A DNA stretch of 64,000 nt from Candidatus Latescibacterota bacterium (lineage in GTDB: Bacteria; Latescibacterota; UBA2968; UBA8231), in assembly GCA_965203355.1 (NCBI GenBank), contig OZ241889.1:800001-864000 (forward strand), given 5' to 3'. A program made the translations under genes and the position numbers. Below the pieces are notes generated by a model. That model was not told the origin of the DNA, ran no database searches, and saw only the letters and a program-made list of their open reading frames with translations. This document shows, piece after piece, positions 11,486 to 21,636 of the stretch (positions are counted from its first letter, which is position 1; every line of letters begins with the position of its first letter).

Positions 11486-12439
11486 TTACAAATAGCGGCT
11501 AATCTCTGTCAATAGATCTTCGACGATATCTTGGGGCGCACCCGTTAGCTCCAGCCCAGCGGCGCGGACGTGGCCGCCGCCGCCAAAGGTGCCAGCAACT
11601 TGGCTGACATCGACCTTGTCGCGGGAACGCAGGCTGACGCGGTAGCATCCGGGCGTGCGCTCTTTGAGCAACACGGCCACTTCGACGCCTTGGATCATCA
11701 TACCGTAGTTGACTACTTCATCCGGCTCGCCCGTGTGCATGGCCGCGAGGTCGAGATGAAGAACCGCCACGCGGCCCCCAAGGCGCAATGCCAAGCTCTC
11801 AATGGCTTGGCCGCGCTGCTTGACCGAGCCGAGGCTCTTGTTGCCGAAGACGCCTTCGGCGATGGCATCGAGGCGTGCGCCGCGCCGCACCAGATCGGCT
11901 GCCACTTCAAAGGTAGTGGCTGTCGTTAGCGAGAAGCGAAAGCCCCCAGTATCAAAGAGAATCCCCGCATAGAGTTGGTCGGCGGCGACGGCATCAATCT
12001 CATAACCGAGGCTGATAGCGAGATGGTAGAGAAGCTCGCAGGTAGAGCTGATTTCCTCCACGATATTTACTGCGCCGAAGCACTCGTTGCCTTGATGATG
12101 ATCGATGTTGAGGAGACGGATGTCGGAGTTGAGACCCGGACGCATGGAGCCGATGCGGTCGAGGGAGGGGCAGTCGACGACAATGGCGCAGCGATAGCGG
12201 GCCAAGTCGAGGTCGGCGAAGTGGCGCACGTCGTCCCAGCCAACGAGAAAGGAGCATTGGCCGGCCGGTGGCTCGGGCAGGCCGATGTCAGCGCGCTTAC
12301 CTAGATGCCTTAGCAAGCGGCCCCAAGCCATGCAGGCACCGAGACCGTCGGCGTCGCTGTTGACGTGGGTCGTCAGCAGGAAATCGTCTGCTTCCTCAAT
12401 GAATGTGCGCGTTGCTGTTAGCGGCAGGTCCAAAGTCAT
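11486..12439 (-). CDS. nrnA: DHH/DHHA1 phosphoesterase (NrnA-like)
   Basis: H..sDAD, NIDHH, DTGGF, SLRS, GGGH..AAG. Confidence 0.9.
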   Translation of the reverse strand: MTLDLPLTATRTFIEEADDFLLTTHVNSDADGLGACMAWGRLLRHLGKRADIGLPEPPAGQCSFLVGWDDVRHFADLDLARYRCAIVVDCPSLDRIGSMRPGLNSDIRLLNIDHHQGNECFGAVNIVEEISSTCELLYHLAISLGYEIDAVAADQLYAGILFDTGGFRFSLTTATTFEVAADLVRRGARLDAIAEGVFGNKSLGSVKQRGQAIESLALRLGGRVAVLHLDLAAMHTGEPDEVVNYGMMIQGVEVAVLLKERTPGCYRVSLRSRDKVDVSQVAGTFGGGGHVRAAGLELTGAPQDIVEDLLTEISRYL

Positions 12440-13194
12440 TTCTCCGCTGGTGGAGCGCGGAGGACCAAGTGAACGCGGTCCGAATCCTCGGTCCCCTCGT
12501 CAAACGTGAAGCCGTTGAAAAGCGCGAGCAACTCCCAAGCACTCGCCGCGACGCGGGCGGCGACAGCGGCAATCGGATAGATGCGCTGGACATGGGTTTC
12601 TTCGAGCGCGACATCGCGCCCGTCGTGGCGGATGCGGAAGTGATTGCGCTGTAGCCGCCGATCTAGATCGTAGGTGCTGTGCCGCTCGCAGGAAAAACCC
12701 GGCCCGCGCTCGCTGTGGCGCGTGTTGCGGAAATAGCGCAGCGAATTGCGCTCGGTGCAGATGTCAAAGACGAAAAGCCCCCCCGGCTGCACAATGCCCT
12801 GTGCGCCGCGCAGAGCCGCGTCGATGTCGGTTGGCGCGAGCAGGTAGTTGATGCTGTCGTACAGGCAAGTGGCCGCGTCAAAAGGCCCTAGGCCCCCTAG
12901 CTGGCGCAGGTCTTGTTGGACGAATGTGACGCTAGTGTCGGTGGCCTTTCCGCGCGCGATTTCTAGCATGGCCTCGGAGCGGTCCACGCCCGTTACCTCA
13001 TAGCCAAGGCCGCGGAGCGCAAAAGACACATTGCCAGTGCCGCAGGCCAAGTCCACGACGCGGGTGGCGGCGGGAGCAAAGCGGGCGAACAGCGCATGGA
13101 TGTAAGCGGCCCATTCGCCGTAATTGACGTGGGCCATTACATGGTCGTAAATGGGAGCTAGCCCTTGATAGGGCGACCGCGCGGCACTACCCAC
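12436..13194 (-). CDS. Class I SAM-dependent methyltransferase
   Basis: VDLACGTG, GVDRS..ML, DSINYL, PGGLFVFD. Confidence 0.9.
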   Translation of the reverse strand: MGSAARSPYQGLAPIYDHVMAHVNYGEWAAYIHALFARFAPAATRVVDLACGTGNVSFALRGLGYEVTGVDRSEAMLEIARGKATDTSVTFVQQDLRQLGGLGPFDAATCLYDSINYLLAPTDIDAALRGAQGIVQPGGLFVFDICTERNSLRYFRNTRHSERGPGFSCERHSTYDLDRRLQRNHFRIRHDGRDVALEETHVQRIYPIAAVAARVAASAWELLALFNGFTFDEGTEDSDRVHLVLRAPPAEK

Positions 13195-13204
13195 AGCTCA
13201 CATC

Positions 13205-13486
13205 CTAAAAGCTCAAGTCTTCGTACGGGTCGCGGTACTCCTCGCGGAGGATCCGATAAAAGCGGCCGCGATCCCGGCGGGCGGGCGGGCGTTCCGGGAT
13301 GCCGAGGACCTCGATGTCGAGCAGGCGAGCGGGGCTCGCAATGTGGATCTGCTCGCCCACGACCACGGCGTGCGAAGCCTTGGCTTGCTGGCTGCCGATC
13401 TGGACTTGCCCGGCGTCGCAGGCCCGCTTGGCTTCACTGCGCTGCTTGATCAGCCCCGTGTTCTTCAGAAAGATATCCAGTCGCAT
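13205..13486 (-). CDS. S4-domain RNA-binding protein (Hsp15/RqcP-like)
   Basis: MRLDIFL...LIKQRSEAKRAC.AG.V...AKAS..V..G. Confidence 0.88.
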   Translation of the reverse strand: MRLDIFLKNTGLIKQRSEAKRACDAGQVQIGSQQAKASHAVVVGEQIHIASPARLLDIEVLGIPERPPARRDRGRFYRILREEYRDPYEDLSF

Positions 13487-14771
13487 TCTGTACTGGTCGG
13501 CGCAAGTTTTCCTCGTCGAGCCGAACCTCGATGTGGATTTGCTGCCGGTATTCGTCGATTAATTGGCGCACGGCTTGGGCGGTGCGGCCTTCGCGGATCA
13601 GGCCCTCGATCACGGCTTGATCGTCGTCGATTTTGACGATGAGACCACCATCGTCCAAAAAGAAGGGTTCGCTGATGTCGCCCAGCTTGAGGTCGCGGAG
13701 GTAAGGCTGGAGGAATTCGGGGATCTGGTCTTTCGGGAAGGTGCCCCAGAGGCCGCCCTGCATGGCTGTATGCGGGTTGGCCGAATACTGGCGGGCGAGC
13801 TGGGAAAACTCCTCGCCGTTCTGGGCGCGCTGGCGCAAATTCTCTAGCGTTTCCCGCGTCCGCTCTTGGTCGCTTTCTGAGGTTCGGGCCAAGACGAGGA
13901 TGTGGCTGGCGCAGATGGAGCCTTCGCGCTTTTCGCGCATCTGTATCAAGTGGTAGCCATACGGACTCAACACGGGTTCGCTGGTCTGACCTGGTTTGAG
14001 CGCGAAGGCCGCTTCCTCAAACTCGGGCACCAAGGTCCCAGGCGAGAAACAGCCCAAATCGCCGCCGAGCGAGGCACTGCCGGGATCTTCAGAATGGGTG
14101 CGGGCTATGGTCGCGAAATCGCCGCCAGCGTCCAGCAGAGCCTGAATCTCTCCGACCCGCGCCCGCTTTTCTTGCAACACGTCATCGCTGGGCAGGACTT
14201 GGATCAGGATGTGGCTGAGCGAGACTTGGGGAGGCAAGGTGTCTTGGTGGGCGATGCGAAATTCTTCTACGTCGCGGTGGCTGACGTGTACCCGGTACGA
14301 GACAAAGGCGCGCATCTGGCGCGAGAGTAGGCGATGGCGAATTTCCTTGCGGTAGCGCGCCTTGAGCTGGCGCTCGCTCAAGCCCACGCGCTTTAGCATC
14401 TGCTCGAATTCTCCGTCGTCCATGCTGCTCTTGGCCATCTGGAACTGCTGGCCGAGCATTTCCTCGACTTCGGAGGGGTCAATCTGAATGCTGTCTTGTT
14501 GGGCCTTGAGAACCAGCACTTGCTCGTCGATCATGGCGTTGAGGATATCGCGGCGGAGTGCCGTGATTTGCTCGGATTCGACAAAGACGGACAGCCCGCG
14601 CTGCTCGGCTTCAAAGCGCAGTCGATAGTTGAGTTCGGACCAGAGGATCGTGTGATTGTCAACGGTGGCGACGATGCGGTCGATGAGTTCGGGCAAGGCC
14701 CCTGCTCGCGGCGCGATACACAGCGCGAGGCCGAGCGATAACAACAGGCGAGTTGGCGAATGCAGTAGCAT
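13434..14771 (-). CDS. surA: SurA-like periplasmic PPIase chaperone
   Basis: Signal peptide, DRIVATVD, and two parvulin domains (SHILI, SEDPGSA..GGDLG, LVPEFE.AAF, S.YGYHLI). Confidence 0.85.
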   Translation of the reverse strand: MLLHSPTRLLLSLGLALCIAPRAGALPELIDRIVATVDNHTILWSELNYRLRFEAEQRGLSVFVESEQITALRRDILNAMIDEQVLVLKAQQDSIQIDPSEVEEMLGQQFQMAKSSMDDGEFEQMLKRVGLSERQLKARYRKEIRHRLLSRQMRAFVSYRVHVSHRDVEEFRIAHQDTLPPQVSLSHILIQVLPSDDVLQEKRARVGEIQALLDAGGDFATIARTHSEDPGSASLGGDLGCFSPGTLVPEFEEAAFALKPGQTSEPVLSPYGYHLIQMREKREGSICASHILVLARTSESDQERTRETLENLRQRAQNGEEFSQLARQYSANPHTAMQGGLWGTFPKDQIPEFLQPYLRDLKLGDISEPFFLDDGGLIVKIDDDQAVIEGLIREGRTAQAVRQLIDEYRQQIHIEVRLDEENLRRPVQNATGYLSEEHGADQAAQ

Positions 14772-14773
14772 AA

Positions 14774-15595
14774 TCAGGGATTGGTGGGGGCCACGATAGC
14801 CCAGTCTGTGGATTTTTTGAGTTTGGCGACGAGTTGGTCGAGCTGAGATTGATGATGCTCGCGCACTAGTACCTCGACGATCTGGGAATGCACTTGCGCA
14901 AGGTCGCGGACCGTGCCGGCCTCGCAGTGCTCTAGGACTTGGATGAGGTGATAGCCGTACTCGGTTGGCACTGGCTCGGAAATGATCTTGAGCGGTAGTC
15001 CTTGGCACGCGGCCCACAGGATGGGATTTTCTACTTCGGAGAAATAGCCCAACTCGCCTCCTTCGTTGCGCGTGGCGGCATCGTGCGAGTACTTGCGAGC
15101 CACCTCGGCAAAACGCTCGCCGCGCTGCAGCAGGGTTTGACGCCGGGCGCTGGCCTCGCGCTGGCTGGTCAGGAGGATGTGCCGCGCCCGAATCTCGGGG
15201 TGCTGCCGGCGAAAATCGGCTTGATGCTCGTCGTAGTAACGGCCGACTGCGGCCTCGCTGAAGACGAGCTCTTGGTCTTGGAACTCGGCGTCGAGCAAGG
15301 CCGCTACTAGTAGGTCTCGCTCCATCTGCGCTAGGAGCGATTTGAGCCGCGCTTGTTGGTGAAGCCCGCGGGCGCGTGCTTCCTGATAGAGCAATTCTTG
15401 GCGCACCCAGGTCTCGATGAGTTGCGTCCGCTCCTCTTCGGCTAGCTCAGCGTCGAGACCGGGCACGAGTTGGCTGGCAATCTCGCGCTCCGCGAGTTCG
15501 GCATCTCCGACGCGAGCGACGATGTCTCGGACGGGCGACGATTCGCACCCGGGCAGTGCGCTGAGTGCGAACGCGATGACAAGCAGTGCGTTCAG
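14774..15595 (-). CDS. PpiC/PrsA-type peptidyl-prolyl isomerase lipoprotein
   Basis: Lipobox-like LPGC, RARHIL, GGELG, TEYGYHLI; start uncertain, near the mfd stop. Confidence 0.8.
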   Translation of the reverse strand: MNALLVIAFALSALPGCESSPVRDIVARVGDAELAEREIASQLVPGLDAELAEEERTQLIETWVRQELLYQEARARGLHQQARLKSLLAQMERDLLVAALLDAEFQDQELVFSEAAVGRYYDEHQADFRRQHPEIRARHILLTSQREASARRQTLLQRGERFAEVARKYSHDAATRNEGGELGYFSEVENPILWAACQGLPLKIISEPVPTEYGYHLIQVLEHCEAGTVRDLAQVHSQIVEVLVREHHQSQLDQLVAKLKKSTDWAIVAPTNP

Positions 15596-18500
15596 AGGAT
15601 TTCCTCCAGGGTATTGCGCGCCTTTTCCAAGCGCTCGATCTCGTCGCGGCCCGGCACCCGAACCTCGATCTTGAACTGCTCGCCCAAGTCGAAGTCTAGT
15701 TGGGCGGAACATTGCTCCACCATCTTCTTGATGTCGGCTGATGAGACTGGCTTGTCTGGCGGAAAAGTGAGGCGCAAGTGACTTTGCTCCAACTGGACGC
15801 TTGCGAGGCCGAGCTGACGGGCCATGATCTTGATTTCCATGATGTGCATTAGCGCGCGCGCTGGCTGGGGCAGGCGTCCAAAGCGATCCTGCATCTCTTC
15901 GCGGATATCCAAAAGCTCGACAATGCGGCCAGCGTCAGCTAAGCGCTGGTAGAATTCCATCTTTTGGTCTGGGTCGTACAGGTATTCATCTGGAATATAA
16001 GCCGAAACCGCAATTTTTATCTCGGGCTCGGGGTTGTCGAGCGAGTACTCGCCTTTGATTTCGCGCATGGCCTCGTCGAGCAAGCGGCAGTAGAGATCGA
16101 AGCCGACAGCGGCGATAAATCCGTGTTGCTGCGCCCCCACCAAGTTGCCGGCACCGCGAATCTCTAGATCGCGCATGGCGATGTTGAACCCAGACCCCAA
16201 ATCGGCGAATTCCTCAATGGCGCGTAGGCGCATGCGGCTCTTTTTGGTCAGCTTTTTGCCCTTGGGCACCAACAGATAGGCGTAGGCACGCTCGTTGGAT
16301 CGGCCAACTCGGCCCCTAATCTGGTAGAGTTGGCTCAGGCCCAGTGCGTCGGCGCGGTTGACGATGATGGTGTTGACCGAAGGAATGTCGATACCTGATT
16401 CAATGATCATAGTGCAGACTAAACAGTCGTATTTTCGTTCCAAAAAGTCGCCCATGACCTTCTCTAGCTGCTTGGGCGGCATCTGTCCGTGGGCGACGCC
16501 GAAGCGCACCTGCGGCAGGAGGTCTTGCAGGTATTCCTCGAGCCGCTGAATCGACTGCACTCGGTTGTGGACAAAGTAAACTTGACCGCCGCGCTCGACC
16601 TCGCGGTGGATGGCCTCGGCAATGCGGGTCTCGTCAAAAGCTAGTATCTCGGTGTGGATGGGCAGGCGGTCCTGCGGCGGAGTGTTGATCACCGACATGT
16701 CCCGTGCGCCCAGCATCGACATGTGCAGGGTGCGGGGAATCGGGGTCGCCGTCAGGGTCAGCACATCGACGAGCCGCTTGAGTTGTTTGAGCCGCTCCTT
16801 GTGGCGGACCCCAAAGCGCTGCTCCTCGTCGACGATCAAGATCCCTAAGTCGCGGAAGCGGATGTCTTGGGAGAGGATGCGATGCGTTCCGATGAGCACA
16901 TCGACTTGGCCGTTTTTGAGGTCTCGGAGGATCTGTTGCTGTTCCTTGGGGGAGCGAAAGCGGCTGAGCACCTCGACGCGCGCCGGGGTGTGCTCCATGC
17001 GTTCAGAGAAGGTCTGGTAGTGTTGCTCGGCGAGAATAGTGGTGGGGACCAACACGGCGGCCTGCTTGTGGTCGCAGATGGCCTTGAAAGCCGCACGCAC
17101 GGCCACTTCGGTCTTGCCATAGCCCACGTCGCCGCAGACTAGGCGATCCATCGGATGCGGTGCTTCCATGTCCTTTTTGACCTCGTCCATGGTGCGTAGT
17201 TGGTCGGGCGTCTCTTGGAAGGGAAAGGCCGCCTCTAGCTCGCGGTGCAGAGGCCCATCGGCTGAAAACACGAAGCCGGACCTCGCCTTGCGCTCGGCGT
17301 AGAGATGCACCAACTCGCTGGCCATTTTGAAGATTTCTTCGCGCGTGCGCTCCTTGAGTTTTTCCCAAGCGGCACTGCCCAGCTTGCTGAGCAGGGGCAC
17401 TTCGCCTTCGGCGCTGGAATACTTGCGCAGGCGGTCGAGCTGTTCGACGGGCACGAAGACGCGATCTTGGTCCTGATAGGACACGACGAGGCAATCGTGC
17501 TCGCGCCCGCCGATTCGCAGGCGGCGGATGCCCGAGTAGCGGCCAATGCCGTGGTCAATGTGGACGACGAAATCGCCGCGCTGCAAGGCTCCATAGTTGG
17601 CGATGGACTTGGCCGCGCGGAACCGGCGGTAGCGGTAGCGGCGCTTCTGGCGGCTGAAGATCTCGTGGTCGTTGAGCAGGGCTAGCTGGGCTTGCGGAAA
17701 GGTAAAGCCTCGGTGCAATGAGCCGAGGCCGAAGTGGATCTCGGGACCGTCGGCGAAAATTTCCTGTAAGCGGCTCGCCTGCCCTTTGGTTTCGCAGCGG
17801 ATGTGGATGGCGTAGGACTCGGTGGCGAGTCGGTCGATTTCCTGCTGGAGGCGGGCGCGCTCGCCGGCAAAGACGCGCGGCTCTGTCGCCTCGAAGTGGA
17901 TGGCTTTGTCGAGTTGGCCCAAGGGCGCTGGTTCGAGCCGAGTGCAGTCGTCTAGCTGGGCAATGAGCCAATCCTCGTCGCGCAAGAGTGCCGACGGGGG
18001 CAGCAGCGATTCTTTGTGCCGCGACCGCTCGTATTCTTGGCGCGGCTTAGCGAGGGCCTTGTCGAGGGCCTCGGCGATTTCTTCGCGCTCCTCCAAAAAG
18101 AGCACGGGCTCCTTGAGGTACTCGAAAAGCCCGTTGTTGCGGCCGTAGAGCAAGGGGATGTAGCTCTCAATGCCGTCGAGCGATTCGCCTAGCTCCAGTT
18201 GGTCTTTCAGCGGAGCGAGGGCTTCTGCCGCACTAGCGGCTTGGATCCGCTGGAGGTAATCCTCGTAAAAAGGGGAATCGAGCAGCACCTCGCGCGCCGG
18301 CAACACCCAAGCCTCTTCGCAGGTGCTCAGCGAGCGCTGGGTGCTGACGTCGAAGCAGCGGATGGACTCAATCTCATCGCCGAAGAACTCGCAGCGGTAG
18401 GGATGCTCAACGCCGAAAGGGTATATGTCGAGGATGCCGCCGCGCAGGCTGAACTGCCCGATGCCATCGATGGCGGCCACGCGGTCAAAGCCGCAGGCGA

Positions 18501-18990
18501 TCCAGTGTGTGCAGAGCGCGTCGAGGTCGCGTACCGCTCCTACCGCGAGAACCTCCGTGCCTAGTTCGAGGGCATGAGGCGGAATCAGCGGATTGAACAG
18601 GGCCGCGGCCGGGGCGACGACGATGGCCGGTTCGCCGCGCATGAGTCGAGCGGCGGCGGCCACGCGCAAGCTGGTGATTTCGGGATCCGGAGACTGCTGG
18701 TCGTAGATTCCAACGTCCCAAGCGGGGAAGTAATGGACCATTTGCTCACCGGCGATGATTTGGAGGTCGTCGCGCCACTGTTCGGCGCGGTCCTCGTCGG
18801 CCGCGACGATGAGCACGGGGCGTTCAAGTGCTGTGCGGATGTGGCTGGCGAGAAACGCGGCTAGGGCCGGAGGCAGCCCGTGGAACAAGATGTGCTGCCG
18901 TCCATTGGCAAGCCGGGCGACGACCTCTTTGAAGTGGTCCGTCTGAGACGTCAGGCGAACGATGTGGTCGAGTGAATGGGCTGAATCCAT
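15592..18990 (-). CDS. mfd: Transcription-repair coupling factor
   Basis: RGGILDI, VVHIDHGIG, CGDVGYGKTEVA, DEEQRFGV, TATPIPRT, QLYQ.RGRVGR, DLEIRGAGN. Confidence 0.98.
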   Translation of the reverse strand: MDSAHSLDHIVRLTSQTDHFKEVVARLANGRQHILFHGLPPALAAFLASHIRTALERPVLIVAADEDRAEQWRDDLQIIAGEQMVHYFPAWDVGIYDQQSPDPEITSLRVAAAARLMRGEPAIVVAPAAALFNPLIPPHALELGTEVLAVGAVRDLDALCTHWIACGFDRVAAIDGIGQFSLRGGILDIYPFGVEHPYRCEFFGDEIESIRCFDVSTQRSLSTCEEAWVLPAREVLLDSPFYEDYLQRIQAASAAEALAPLKDQLELGESLDGIESYIPLLYGRNNGLFEYLKEPVLFLEEREEIAEALDKALAKPRQEYERSRHKESLLPPSALLRDEDWLIAQLDDCTRLEPAPLGQLDKAIHFEATEPRVFAGERARLQQEIDRLATESYAIHIRCETKGQASRLQEIFADGPEIHFGLGSLHRGFTFPQAQLALLNDHEIFSRQKRRYRYRRFRAAKSIANYGALQRGDFVVHIDHGIGRYSGIRRLRIGGREHDCLVVSYQDQDRVFVPVEQLDRLRKYSSAEGEVPLLSKLGSAAWEKLKERTREEIFKMASELVHLYAERKARSGFVFSADGPLHRELEAAFPFQETPDQLRTMDEVKKDMEAPHPMDRLVCGDVGYGKTEVAVRAAFKAICDHKQAAVLVPTTILAEQHYQTFSERMEHTPARVEVLSRFRSPKEQQQILRDLKNGQVDVLIGTHRILSQDIRFRDLGILIVDEEQRFGVRHKERLKQLKRLVDVLTLTATPIPRTLHMSMLGARDMSVINTPPQDRLPIHTEILAFDETRIAEAIHREVERGGQVYFVHNRVQSIQRLEEYLQDLLPQVRFGVAHGQMPPKQLEKVMGDFLERKYDCLVCTMIIESGIDIPSVNTIIVNRADALGLSQLYQIRGRVGRSNERAYAYLLVPKGKKLTKKSRMRLRAIEEFADLGSGFNIAMRDLEIRGAGNLVGAQQHGFIAAVGFDLYCRLLDEAMREIKGEYSLDNPEPEIKIAVSAYIPDEYLYDPDQKMEFYQRLADAGRIVELLDIREEMQDRFGRLPQPARALMHIMEIKIMARQLGLASVQLEQSHLRLTFPPDKPVSSADIKKMVEQCSAQLDFDLGEQFKIEVRVPGRDEIERLEKARNTLEEIL

Positions 18991-19070
18991 TCCGTTTTTG
19001 TCAACGTGCTATTAGAGAGTTTTGTGCGGCGAAAACAGCCGGAGGGCGTGTTCACGGTCGGGATACCGAA

Positions 19071-19103
19071 AAAGGGTCTGCGACGGCATGTCGTAAACCC
19101 TTT
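19071..19103 (-). terminator. Terminator-like hairpin downstream of tRNA-Ala
   Basis: AAAGGGT.TGCGAC-ggcat-GTCGTA.ACCCTTT inverted repeat. Confidence 0.6.
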
Positions 19104-19121
19104 ATACCTGACAGCTTATCA

Positions 19122-19197
19122 TGGTGGAGCTGAGGGGAATCGAACCCCTGACCTCCTGAATGCCATTCAGGCGCTCTCCCAACTGAGCTACAGCCCC
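19122..19197 (-). tRNA. tRNA-Ala(GGC)
   Basis: GGGGCTGTAGCTCAGTTGGGAGAGCGCCTGAATGGCATTCAGGAGGTCAGGGGTTCGATTCCCCTCAGCTCCACCA: 76 nt, anticodon GGC, G3:U70 pair, encoded CCA. Confidence 0.97.
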
Positions 19198-19249
19198 ACA
19201 AGAGCAAACAAGATAAGCAATTTTCTGCTACATCGTCAAGGAGGCGGGT

Positions 19250-19798
19250 TCAGCCGCCGTTGATCACCACGCCCATGTTGAGGTCGGCGGCTGTGTAGTC
19301 GTCGCGGTCAGAGAAACTGGGGCCTAGCGAGAAGAAAGCCAAGCGCACTTGCACTTGCATTCCCGCGTCAAAGCCTTCGCCGGTCCTCAGCGTGAACGTC
19401 CCTAGGGTATCGTCGCCCTTTTTGGTTTCGGTGATGCTCGCGCCGCCGACGCGCCACAGCCTTTCTTCCGTTAGCTCGATGCCGAAGGGCGGGGTGAGAA
19501 AGGGCGCGGTCGCGAGGAAAGAAGAGCCTTCAAGAGCCAAGGCGCTGGCCGGTTCGATTGCTAGGCGCAACTCAAACTGTCTGACGTTTACCATGCCTTG
19601 AGCCGCAAAGGTAAGGACGATCTCCTGACCGGGGCCGGTAGCCGTAAATTGGTCCTCTTCAATGCGAATGCTTTGCGCGTAGCGGCCATCGAGCCGGGCT
19701 GAAAGTACCGGCGGGTCGGCTGTGGGGCTTTGGATCGAGTCCTTGCCACAGGAAGCGAATAACGCGGCGAAGTAAAACAAGCATAGGGCAATCTTCAT
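19250..19798 (-). CDS. Hypothetical lipoprotein
   Basis: MKIALCLFYFAALFASC lipobox; beta-rich body. Confidence 0.7.
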   Translation of the reverse strand: MKIALCLFYFAALFASCGKDSIQSPTADPPVLSARLDGRYAQSIRIEEDQFTATGPGQEIVLTFAAQGMVNVRQFELRLAIEPASALALEGSSFLATAPFLTPPFGIELTEERLWRVGGASITETKKGDDTLGTFTLRTGEGFDAGMQVQVRLAFFSLGPSFSDRDDYTAADLNMGVVINGG

Positions 19799-19929
19799 TT
19801 GACAGCCTGCCAAGGGTAGTTTTCGCTGGAAATAGGTTATTTGGGGCTAGGTAAGCAAGCGTTTGAGGCCATGGGCTTGAGCCGTTGAGCCGCGTATTCG
19901 ATATTCAGGATACAGAAACTAAGGGCGAT

Positions 19930-20283
19930 ATGTTCTACTACTTCACCTATATAGCCTGCGGGGTATTCCTGATCTGCCTAGCCTATGCGGCCTATGTGAT
20001 CTTGAGGCGGCTGGTCGTCTTGCGCCGTCTGCGGCAGCTCGCCTTCCGAGTGCAGATGCTGGCCCACGGTCGCACTGCGCGGCTCGGCAGCCTGCTCAAC
20101 GCCCATCCGCTGGTGTTGTTTTTCTCCGACCGGCTCTCCGTCGAACTCGAGCGCGAGCTCGCTCACTTGGAGCACCGTCGCCGCATCCCAACCGCCTACC
20201 ATTCGCGGCCATGTATGCCGTTTGCATTCGACCGGCTCAAGCTGCTGAGACGCCGCGTCGAGCGAATAGAGCAGCATCGCTAA
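19930..20283 (+). CDS. Hypothetical protein with N-terminal TM helix
   Basis: RBS-like AAGGG, hydrophobic N-terminus, basic helical body. Confidence 0.6.
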   Translation: MFYYFTYIACGVFLICLAYAAYVILRRLVVLRRLRQLAFRVQMLAHGRTARLGSLLNAHPLVLFFSDRLSVELERELAHLEHRRRIPTAYHSRPCMPFAFDRLKLLRRRVERIEQHR

Positions 20284-20756
20284 GGCAGCGGCACTTTCAG
20301 CCTAAGCCGCGCTTTACCGCGCTGCATTTCCACTTGCATTGCGGCCCCGGCCCCAAAGTCCGCGAGGTGGGCATCGACATAGGCGTCGGTGGCAGCCAAG
20401 GCGATCGAGAGCGCGAAGTAGAGCAGGCGACTGTTGCGGCGGGCCGTGCGGTTTTGGTGTTCCTCGGGTGTGGCCGCGGCGCGGCCGCGGCGATGCTCGA
20501 CCACAACCGCAGTGAGGGCGGTCGCGCTGGCCGCACCGAAGAACAGTCCCTTGAAGGGGCGGCCATTGTAGAACTGGCCCCAGCCGGGCAACACGGCCGA
20601 GCGCAGGAGTGCGCCATGCACCGAAGGCGGGGCCGCCGGCACGGTGTGAGTCGAATCGGCCTCGGCCTCTGTGGCGCAGGCCGGTCGCCCCGCGAACAGG
20701 ACGAAAAGCAGGCTAGCCCAGCCGCATACCAGCCGCAATCGGATAGCCCCGCACAA
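20280..20756 (-). CDS. DUF5683-like membrane protein
   Basis: ALLRSAVLPGWGQFYN..KG and DAYVDAHL motifs. Confidence 0.75.
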   Translation of the reverse strand: MCGAIRLRLVCGWASLLFVLFAGRPACATEAEADSTHTVPAAPPSVHGALLRSAVLPGWGQFYNGRPFKGLFFGAASATALTAVVVEHRRGRAAATPEEHQNRTARRNSRLLYFALSIALAATDAYVDAHLADFGAGAAMQVEMQRGKARLRLKVPLP

Positions 20757-21636
20757 AGGCCGTTCCCTCCATGACAGCTTTGCCCGCCGGTTGAACTTGA
20801 GTCAGTTGTAGCGCACCCTCGCCGCAGGCCACGGTTAAACCTCGACGGCCCTCGGCGCAGAGTACGGTGCCAGGGGCGCCGCCGCTCGCCGCGCACTGAG
20901 TCCGATGCACTTTAAGCGTTTTGCCCTGCCAGTAGGTATAGGCTCCGGGCGCGGGATTCATGCTGCGGACGAGGTTGCGGACCCGCTCAGCCGGTTGGCG
21001 CCAGTCAATCTGGCCGTCCTCTTTGGTCAGCTTGGGGGCGCGACTGACGCCGTCCGTACCTTGGGGCTGTCCGGTGAGGCGACCGTCTTCCAGCCCATCG
21101 ACGGTTTCCACGACCATTTTGGCACCCTCCACGCACAAGCGGGCTTCCAACTCACCGGCCGTCTCGTCACAGCCGATGGCAAAGCGGCGTTGGAGCAGGA
21201 TGTGCCCGGCGTCGATGCGCGGGCTGAGCTGGAAAGTGGTGATGCCCGTTTCCTTTTCGCCGTTGGCCACTGCCCAGACAATGGGAGCCGCACCGCGATA
21301 AGCTGGTAAAAGCGAAGGATGCAGGTTGATTGCTCCAAGGCGAGGAATGGCGAGTAGGTGCTGGGGGAGAATTGAAAAGGCGACGACGACCAAGAGGTCG
21401 GGAGTATGCACCGCTAGCGCGGCCGCTAACGCGGGGTCTTTGACCGCGGCCGGTTGCAGTACTTCTAATCCGAGCTTTAGGGCTTGTTCTTTGACGGGCG
21501 AACTGGCAAACTGCCGGCCCCGCCCCTGCGGTCGGTCGGGATTGGTGACGACAGCGATGATCGGATGGCGGCTCTGGGCGAGAGCTGTTAAGGAGGGAAC
21601 CGCAAAGCGTGGGGTTCCCATAAACACCAGCCTCAC
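20713..21636 (-). CDS. fmt: Methionyl-tRNA formyltransferase
   Basis: FMGTP.FA, VVT.PDRP.GRG, NLHPSLLP.YRGAAP, DAG. Confidence 0.97.
   Translation of the reverse strand: MRLVFMGTPRFAVPSLTALAQSRHPIIAVVTNPDRPQGRGRQFASSPVKEQALKLGLEVLQPAAVKDPALAAALAVHTPDLLVVVAFSILPQHLLAIPRLGAINLHPSLLPAYRGAAPIVWAVANGEKETGITTFQLSPRIDAGHILLQRRFAIGCDETAGELEARLCVEGAKMVVETVDGLEDGRLTGQPQGTDGVSRAPKLTKEDGQIDWRQPAERVRNLVRSMNPAPGAYTYWQGKTLKVHRTQCAASGGAPGTVLCAEGRRGLTVACGEGALQLTQVQPAGKAVMEGTAFVRGYPIAAGMRLG

Noticed and set aside
13434-13486. 53-bp overlap of surA and the S4 gene as a recoding signal
   Set aside because: It is simply explained by a short C-terminal extension; no slippery site is evident.
19122-19250. tRNA-Ala as an island integration site
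   Set aside because: No duplicated tRNA 3' end or integrase was seen, and mfd follows directly.
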